From: Holosporales bacterium
GTDB taxonomy: Bacteria > Pseudomonadota > Alphaproteobacteria > Paracaedibacterales > CANFPP01
Assembly: GCA_947449005.1 (NCBI GenBank)
Contig: CANFPP010000008.1
Coordinates: 3,884 to 67,883, forward strand
Reading direction: 5' to 3'
Length of the DNA: 64,000 nucleotides
Shown piece by piece: positions 52,783-59,529 of this stretch. Position 1 is the first letter of the stretch. Every line of letters begins with the position of its first letter. The notes beneath the pieces were generated by a model, which was not told the origin of the DNA, made no database searches, and saw only the letters and a program-made list of their open reading frames with translations. A program made the translations under genes and the position numbers.

Positions 52783-54051
52783 ATGAAAAGAATTTTAACA
52801 GCCTGCGCAATTGGCAATATTATAGAATGGTATGAATTTATGATTTTTGGCTATTTTGCCACGATCATTGGTCAGCTATTCTTTCCAGCGTCATCATCTC
52901 TCGGTTCTCTATTTAAAGCATTTGGTGTATTTGCCGTAGGTATTTTGGTAAGGCCTTTAGGGGGAATATTATTTGGCCATATTGGCGATAAATATGGCAG
53001 AAAAAAAGCATTGCTTCTATCGCTGTACTTAATGTCGATCCCAACTGTAATGATTGGTTTCTTGCCAGGTTATGACAGTATTGGAATGGCAGCCCCTATA
53101 GCGCTTATTTTAATTCGTATTTTGCAAGGCCTATCTATGGGCGGTGAGTATGCGGGGACAATGATCTACTTAATTGAAGATACAAATCCTAAAAAGCGAG
53201 GGTTTTATGGAAGCGTTGCGGCCCTAAGCTTAGTTTTGGGTATGGCTTTGGGTTCATTGGTTTCAACAGTGCTGCACGTCACTTTGATGCCTGAACAGCT
53301 GGCGAGCTGGGGCTGGAGAATCCCTTTTATTATTAGTATTGGAGGGTTTCTTTGGGGGCTTTACATCAGGTCCAAATTAGAAGATTCAGACGTCTTTACT
53401 GAATTAAAATTAAAAAATAATTTATCCAAATTGCCAATAAAAGAAACGTTTCAAAAGCATTCAAAACAAATTTTTTCTACAGTTTTTATGCAGTGTTTTC
53501 TTGGTGTTGGCATGTACACTATGACAATATTTTATGCAAATTTTGCAAAAGAACACTTTGGATCTTCTGATCCTCTGGTCTGCCTTATGCTCAATACACC
53601 TGGCGTTATTGCGATTGGAATCGCTGCTGTAATATCTGGTAAATTATCAGATATTTATGGTCGAAAAAACGTCTTACTTATCTCATCTATTTGTACCTGT
53701 GTTGCAGCTTATTTCTTAATACCTTTGATACACGATAAGCAGGCTGGTTCATTTTTTGTGCATCATATAATTTTATCACTTTTGACGGGTAGCTTTTTAG
53801 GCCCGATACCGTCCTTTTTGGCGGAGTGTTTCCCAGCAAAAATAAGATATACCTGCGTTGCCTTGAGTAATAACTTAAGCATGGGGATTTTTGGGGGGAC
53901 AGCACCGATGATGATTACCTACCTAATCAGCCGATTCCAAGATAGTGCGATGCCGAATTACTACTTAATGGCAAGTGCCTTAATCAGTGCTTTTGGTCTC
54001 TATTTTATGAGTGATAAAAACTTTGGAGAAAGAGATGAAGATGCTAATTAA
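52783..54051 (+). CDS. MFS transporter, metabolite:H+ symporter (ProP-like)
   Basis: GNIIEWYEF, RPLGG..FGHIGDKYGRK, QGLSMGGE, WGWRIPF, FGGTAP. Confidence 0.92.
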   Translation: MKRILTACAIGNIIEWYEFMIFGYFATIIGQLFFPASSSLGSLFKAFGVFAVGILVRPLGGILFGHIGDKYGRKKALLLSLYLMSIPTVMIGFLPGYDSIGMAAPIALILIRILQGLSMGGEYAGTMIYLIEDTNPKKRGFYGSVAALSLVLGMALGSLVSTVLHVTLMPEQLASWGWRIPFIISIGGFLWGLYIRSKLEDSDVFTELKLKNNLSKLPIKETFQKHSKQIFSTVFMQCFLGVGMYTMTIFYANFAKEHFGSSDPLVCLMLNTPGVIAIGIAAVISGKLSDIYGRKNVLLISSICTCVAAYFLIPLIHDKQAGSFFVHHIILSLLTGSFLGPIPSFLAECFPAKIRYTCVALSNNLSMGIFGGTAPMMITYLISRFQDSAMPNYYLMASALISAFGLYFMSDKNFGERDEDAN

Positions 54052-54436
54052 TAATGAAAATATTGCTGATCAAATGATTGTGGCGAGAGACCTTTTGAAA
54101 GCAGAAATAGCTGAAAGACAGCTTTCAAATCAGTATCAAAATGCATTAATCAAAAACTTTTCTTCGCATCCTTTGCTAAGCAATTTTCTGAGTAAAAATG
54201 TGGGATCTCTTGATATTCAGTGGGTTGGACTAAAACAAAGGGAGAGTGTTGCAATTCATGAGCATGCTGTTGATACAATGATGGTTGCGTGTAAGGGAAA
54301 TTGCAGATTAACTGGTGAAATAGAGTCTATTTTCTCTGAGGGAGATGCTATCATTGTTCCAAAATATGTGAAGCATGGATTAACACAAGATAATGATGAA
54401 TTATTCTGGGGCCTTGCTTTTAGATTTCACTCTTAA
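54035..54436 (+). CDS. Cupin-domain protein
   Basis: IHEHAVD metal motif 1 and GDAIIVP...HG motif 2; GGAG RBS before ATG 54035. Confidence 0.8.
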   Translation: MKMLINNENIADQMIVARDLLKAEIAERQLSNQYQNALIKNFSSHPLLSNFLSKNVGSLDIQWVGLKQRESVAIHEHAVDTMMVACKGNCRLTGEIESIFSEGDAIIVPKYVKHGLTQDNDELFWGLAFRFHS

Positions 54437-54448
54437 AGGGTTATGTGA

Positions 54449-55720
54449 ATGCTTTCAATTGGACTTATGAGTGGCACCTCAATGGATGGTATTGATGCGG
54501 CACTTCTTGAAACAGATGGATCGTCTAACAGCATTCATGATCTTGGTCACACAACGATTGATTATGATTCTGAGTCAAAGATGCTGTTTAAATCGGCGGA
54601 ATATTCAATTCGAAAATTCCAAGGAAATATGCAGGAAGCACAAGTTGCATATCTAGAATCTTTCCGTGAATATCTTCAGAATGAGCTTAAATTCTCGAAT
54701 CCAGATAATACAATTAAATCTCTTACAGCTTATCTTCATGGAGATGAGGGGGCGCCCTTGCGTCTTGATGATGTGATTTTGCATTCCACAAAACTTCATG
54801 TTGCAAGCGTTAAAAAACTTTTGTCAGAAACTGGTCGTAAGTCTTCTGATATTGATGTTGTTGGCTATCATGGGCAGACAATGTATCACCAGCCATCACG
54901 TAAAATTTCGATAATTGTTGGAGATGGACAAGTCTTGGCAGATCAAGTCGGAATCGTCGTTGTGAATGATTTTCGCAGCCAAGATGTCGCGGCAGGTGGT
55001 CAAGGGGCACCATTTGCTCCCCTATATCATCATGCTTTAGCGGTGAGAGATAATAAAATACCAACAGCCATTGTTAATTGCGGTGGTATTGCAAACGTTA
55101 CCTTTGTTCCAAGTGCAAATGAAAATGATCTCATCGCCTTTGATACAGGGGCAGGAAATGGCCTTATTGATCGCCTTGTAAGGCAGCGCACAAGCGGTCA
55201 AGAGTTCATGGACAAAGATGGACAGTATGGAGAAAAAGGCAAAATTCATCAGGGTGCGCTAAAGGCACTATATGAAAAATCTATCACCAAAGAGGGTGAG
55301 AATTATTTATTAATGCCACCGCCAAAATCTCTGGATATTGGTGATATGTGCCTTGTGCCAGAGCTTGATTCTTTAAATTTAGAGGACGCTTGCGCAACCC
55401 TTGAAGAATTTACAGCCGCAACCATTGTGGATAGCTTGAACTGGTTTAAGGGAGATTTGCCACAGCAATGGATTCTTGCAGGTGGGGGGTGGAAAAACCC
55501 GGTAATCCGCCAAAGTCTTGAGAGAAATCTTCAGATAAGACTTAACAAAAAGGTAGCTATCCAAACTGCCGATGAGGCGGGATGGAATGGTCAAGCGATG
55601 GAGGCACAAATCTTTGCCTACCTAGCGGTAAGAAGTTTGCAGGGCAAGCCTTTAAGCATGCCCAATACGACGCGCGTTCCGAGACCTATGTCTGGGGGGA
55701 CAGTTTACCGTCCTGTTTGA
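54449..55720 (+). CDS. anmK: Anhydro-N-acetylmuramic acid kinase
   Basis: GLMSGTSMDGID, GYHGQT, DFR..DVAAGGQGAP, N.GGIAN, PPPKSLD, EAQIFAYLA. Confidence 0.95.
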   Translation: MLSIGLMSGTSMDGIDAALLETDGSSNSIHDLGHTTIDYDSESKMLFKSAEYSIRKFQGNMQEAQVAYLESFREYLQNELKFSNPDNTIKSLTAYLHGDEGAPLRLDDVILHSTKLHVASVKKLLSETGRKSSDIDVVGYHGQTMYHQPSRKISIIVGDGQVLADQVGIVVVNDFRSQDVAAGGQGAPFAPLYHHALAVRDNKIPTAIVNCGGIANVTFVPSANENDLIAFDTGAGNGLIDRLVRQRTSGQEFMDKDGQYGEKGKIHQGALKALYEKSITKEGENYLLMPPPKSLDIGDMCLVPELDSLNLEDACATLEEFTAATIVDSLNWFKGDLPQQWILAGGGWKNPVIRQSLERNLQIRLNKKVAIQTADEAGWNGQAMEAQIFAYLAVRSLQGKPLSMPNTTRVPRPMSGGTVYRPV

Positions 55721-55797
55721 TGAAATATATTACGCAAAACTTAACAACCATGAAAAACCTGACCACGATTTTCTTTTTTTGTGCCTAAGTAGCTCAT

Positions 55798-56715
55798 CTA
55801 TATCTTCTTGGTAGAGGCTGCTCTGTACACGTTGGCGGAAGTCATTTGAGAGTACATTTTTGCTTTCAGCCTAGCGCTATTATAGCATACTATGCCTCCT
55901 GTATTATCTGGCCTTACGCCTATATGAACTCCAAATAATGTATTGTTGTTAATGAAAATAGGCGCTCCACTGGAACCTGGAAATGTTGCAGCATCGTGTT
56001 CGTTTGCCTTTAAAATTTTACCTGTATTCTGCCGTTGATCTGCAGTTCCTCCAGGGTAATGCCACAGTGTAAAATTTTGGTTTATTGCACTTAGCTGATC
56101 ATCTCTTCTTAAAAAACTTAGCCTGTGTTTAAACAATTCACTAACATAAAACTCGTTATGTGTTTCATATGTTCCTTCAAATATACAGACATCTTTTGAA
56201 TCCAAGTAATATACAGCATCAATAGTAATTTTTGCACAGAAAGAAACACTGCTTTCAGTTTCTGATAATCTTGCATTTGCTAAAAAAAACTCGCCGTACT
56301 TTACGTTGTTGTCTCGTGTTATAAAATTATGCCTGGCAGCAATTCCCCTCATTCTATTCCCTATTTTTTCAAAGATAGTGCCTGTGCCAACACCAATCTC
56401 GTTTGTTAGTCTACCAACCAAGCTATTAACTGTGCTTTGTGCAAAAGAACAAGGCGGGAAAATATTGTCAAAACTTTCATCGTCACATTCATAATCAACC
56501 TTAACTCTTCCAAGCGAGCCTAATGCATTAAAAACTTTTACACTGGACGAACTGGTAGATTTAAACTTTATTACATCATGTGAAAAATCTACCCGTTCTA
56601 AGGTTCTATAAACAGGAACGTAAGAAGGGCCAAATTCTCGAAACTCTCTCACTGCAGCCTGCCCATCGGATTGTATACACAAGCACGATAGGGATAGTAA
56701 TAATAGAGTTCGCAT
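55798..56715 (-). CDS. Secreted trypsin-like serine protease
   Basis: Signal peptide; GTG, AARHN (His), DVCI (Asp), TFPGSSGAPI (Ser), GVH. Confidence 0.7.
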   Translation of the reverse strand: MRTLLLLSLSCLCIQSDGQAAVREFREFGPSYVPVYRTLERVDFSHDVIKFKSTSSSSVKVFNALGSLGRVKVDYECDDESFDNIFPPCSFAQSTVNSLVGRLTNEIGVGTGTIFEKIGNRMRGIAARHNFITRDNNVKYGEFFLANARLSETESSVSFCAKITIDAVYYLDSKDVCIFEGTYETHNEFYVSELFKHRLSFLRRDDQLSAINQNFTLWHYPGGTADQRQNTGKILKANEHDAATFPGSSGAPIFINNNTLFGVHIGVRPDNTGGIVCYNSARLKAKMYSQMTSANVYRAASTKKI

Positions 56716-56730
56716 TTTTGATCTCCTTAA
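56630..56730 (-). repeat. Shared leader (RBS plus first 29 codons), copy 1; partner at 58823-58923
   Basis: 101-nt ungapped match with 11 mismatches (hand count). Confidence 0.9.
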
Positions 56731-56836
56731 TCTTTCTCAATAATATGCCAAAGATACAAAAATTAAACAAAATGTAAGTTGATTTTCATCAAGACTTTTA
56801 GATTGATAGGACTACAGAAAATCTACTATTCACATA

Positions 56837-57003
56837 GCCGATGCTGCAGTGTGGAATGGCCAGGCGATGGAGGCGCAAATCTTTGCTTACTTAGCGGGGT
56901 GCGAAGCTTGCAGGGCAAATCCTTAAGCATGCCGAATACCACGCGTGTTCCAAGGGCGTTGTCAGGGGGAACGGTTTATCGGCTTTTTCAATCTTTAAAA
57001 TAA
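56837..57003 (+). pseudogene. Second, diverged copy of the anmK 3' end with a 2-nt insertion
   Basis: ADAAVWNGQAMEAQIFAYLA(fs)VRSLQGKSLSMPNTTRVPRALSGGTVYR versus anmK ADEAGWNGQAMEAQIFAYLAVRSLQGKPLSMPNTTRVPRPMSGGTVYR. Confidence 0.9.
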
Positions 57004-57035
57004 ACTACTCGGATCTTTGTTAAATTTCTGCTTCC

Positions 57036-57061
57036 TCCATTGTCATTTCAAGTGGGAATCC
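57036..57061. repeat. Internally deleted REP remnant
   Basis: TCCATTGTCATTTCAAGTGGGAATCC versus TCCATTGTCATTCCCGCGTAGGCGGGAATCC at 9010. Confidence 0.55.
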
Positions 57062-57226
57062 AAAAAACTAACAATATTGTGTTAAAAATTTGAGAAGAAA
57101 CAGTACGGATTTTTATAATGTTTTATTCTTTTCTAAAATCTCTTTAATTCGCTTATATTCTGCGTCAGAATAATATTCTTTTGATGTTGCTGTGTTGTGC
57201 AATTCTCGAAGAACTTCGTTAATTAC

Positions 57227-58237
57227 TTAGAATTCATGGTCGTATAAATACCCTTCTTTCCATAGAAGCTTATGTATATTAATTTCTGCGAGATTGTGTT
57301 GAGCATCAAGTAAGTGACAGGGCTGTTGGGGATAATAACCCCAACCGCGAGGTGCTTTGTTCTTTAGTTGATATTCAGGCAAAGGTTTTCCATGCTCATC
57401 TAACATGGAGCCTAAATCACTAATGGAATGGCTTTGTGTTGTAGGATCAATGTACGGAATATAGTATTGAGTTCCACTTCCTGGTAAATACTCGTAAAAA
57501 TCGCTCCTAGCTTTATTTAGTTGTATTGCTGAATTTTCTAAAGTTCTACGATCTTGCGGTTCTATTAATCTTGGAAAAACATGATTGGGTAAATTAAACT
57601 GTGTATCAAATGCAATTTTTGGAGCTACAAGACCATAGCTACAAACCCACTCCTGATCTTTGTCAATAGCTACTACAGCTATGCCACTATATGCATGCCA
57701 TAAATTTAAAATCGCCAATTTTTTTCGTGCAGAAGATAGAGTAGGGCATAACATAAATTCAATAATAGGAGAAAACCATTGCAAAGAAAAATGTCCATTC
57801 TGGCTAGCTAAATCTCTAACAGTATTGCCTGGATAAAGTGAGACTAGAATCTTTCTAGTTTCAGTTTTTGCGTCAAGTAAAACTTTATGGCCATTGGCAA
57901 AACTGTGCCTTAGTTCAGAAACTAACAAAGGAGGAGGGTTTTTTTTACCAACTTTTAAAGAGTGTTTTTTTGCATTCGTTGATCTATTAATTCTTTCGAA
58001 TAACTCATCGTCGAATTGAGTATAAGATGAGCTAATAGAGCTTAATTTATAACCATTTCCCAAGTCTCTTAGTCTGTGATCTGAATGTAACTTTGTGTGC
58101 ATTTGTAAGTATTCATAGCTTATTCTTTTTGATGGAAATACGATATCCCTAAAAAGTTCGCCGAGATGACGGGTGCTTGCGTAGCTAAAATTAATATTGC
58201 AAAATATAAAAACAAATAAAAATAGAACTATGTTCAC
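57227..58237 (-). CDS. Hypothetical secreted protein
   Basis: GAGGA RBS, GTG start, signal peptide FSYA-STRHLGEL; no recognisable domain. Confidence 0.7.
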   Translation of the reverse strand: MNIVLFLFVFIFCNINFSYASTRHLGELFRDIVFPSKRISYEYLQMHTKLHSDHRLRDLGNGYKLSSISSSYTQFDDELFERINRSTNAKKHSLKVGKKNPPPLLVSELRHSFANGHKVLLDAKTETRKILVSLYPGNTVRDLASQNGHFSLQWFSPIIEFMLCPTLSSARKKLAILNLWHAYSGIAVVAIDKDQEWVCSYGLVAPKIAFDTQFNLPNHVFPRLIEPQDRRTLENSAIQLNKARSDFYEYLPGSGTQYYIPYIDPTTQSHSISDLGSMLDEHGKPLPEYQLKNKAPRGWGYYPQQPCHLLDAQHNLAEINIHKLLWKEGYLYDHEF

Positions 58238-58266
58238 AAAACTATCCTCTGATTTATTGTTGTGGA

Positions 58267-58908
58267 TTAATATTCTGTTGTTATGTTGTGACTATAAAGA
58301 CCTGATGAAATGTTTTTTTCTTGCTCAAATCTTTCAAGTATGAAAGCTAGCTTTTTTATGGGGGTTTCTAGTTTTTTTAATACAGCTGCGTTTTCTGTTT
58401 TTTTCAATTCATCTAATTTCCAGCTCCAAGAGCCCAATAAACTATCGAGATCTGATAGGTAGCCTATTTCTGGAATATCATGTAAGCCTTTTATTGTTTC
58501 GCAAACTTGGCCACTTAGATACGCTAAGCTTGAATTGACGCTATAAATCTCTGTATTGCAGTTATTCAAAAACATGTTTATTTCATCATCTAAAGAAGGA
58601 GATATTGTTGAAAATCTTCTTATTTGTTGTTGAGGTAACTGATGTCTTGCACAATGACGATTTAATAAGATTTTTATAGGTAAGTAAGATTGTATATTTG
58701 TTTTAACTGGACTAGTTAACATTGCGTTTGATCGAAGTTGTTGTTCGAAGTTTTGAAAGGTAGAAAGAGTAGCAGAAACTGGTTTATTCATGCGGTGGAC
58801 TATACGCTTGGTTGTGGAAAATCCTAATTCTCCAAGCTCTCTCATTGCAGCCTGTCCCTCTGATTGTATGCACAAGCATGATAGGGAAAGTAATAATAGT
58901 GTTCGCAT
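58267..58908 (-). CDS. Hypothetical secreted protein sharing its leader with the protease
   Basis: MRTLLLLSLSCLCIQSEGQAAMRELGELG, then a basic/hydroxylated segment and an acidic helical C-terminus. Confidence 0.75.
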   Translation of the reverse strand: MRTLLLLSLSCLCIQSEGQAAMRELGELGFSTTKRIVHRMNKPVSATLSTFQNFEQQLRSNAMLTSPVKTNIQSYLPIKILLNRHCARHQLPQQQIRRFSTISPSLDDEINMFLNNCNTEIYSVNSSLAYLSGQVCETIKGLHDIPEIGYLSDLDSLLGSWSWKLDELKKTENAAVLKKLETPIKKLAFILERFEQEKNISSGLYSHNITTEY

Positions 58909-58923
58909 TTTTGATCTCCTTAA
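58823..58923 (-). repeat. Shared leader, copy 2
   Basis: About 89% identical to 56630-56730. Confidence 0.9.
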
Positions 58924-59300
58924 AAATGTTAATGGTTTATTCTTTTGTAAATCTCGAATTTCATGCTCTTTTAGATAAAGTTGGACTGTCAGGAATAAGT
59001 CTGTCTTTTAATCCAAAAACGCACTACTAGCATAAACTCATCGTAAAATAAATTTTAAAGAAGAAGCGTAAAAAAAACATTAATCCAAACTCCGTTAACA
59101 TTGTGGGCTCTTAGCAGCACATCCATGATTTTAAAATTTGAGAACCATACTCAACTAGCTCCGGCTCTAGTAACAATATCGGTCGTTGATCGAAAATTGT
59201 ATGGTGTTAAATCAAATTCTAAAATCGTGTAACGTTGATCGCATGATGATCTAGGTCGCGCTAATAAGCCAGAACAAAGCTCTCTGGGGCGAGTGCAAAA

Positions 59301-59333
59301 TTTACGGAATCAACCCCGTAAAAAATACGGAAT
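59301..59333. promoter_or_regulatory. Candidate operator (inverted plus direct repeat)
   Basis: TTTACGG-N8-CCGTAAA, with TACGGAAT repeated 23 bp apart. Confidence 0.4.
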
Positions 59334-59529
59334 ATGATAAGAAAATGCTCTTTTTGATTGAAAAATTTGCCAACTTTCGCATTATCTTTATCAAAAAAAC
59401 ACTGTATTAAGGTGTATGTGTTTTATTCAAAACTCATAAAACGTGAGCTTTTAGAAAACTACTTTATAGGTCCAGGCTTGTTCTCTTGCACATTTGATGC
59501 TGAAAACTAAACCATAATAAAGAATCTGA

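Noticed and set aside
56779-57003. 74-aa ORF as an independent gene
   Set aside because: It is the frameshifted duplicate of the anmK 3' end
58924-59300. Possible decayed secreted gene on the minus strand (MFFLRFFFKIYFTMSLC then stops)
   Set aside because: Too short and low-complexity to support without a homology search
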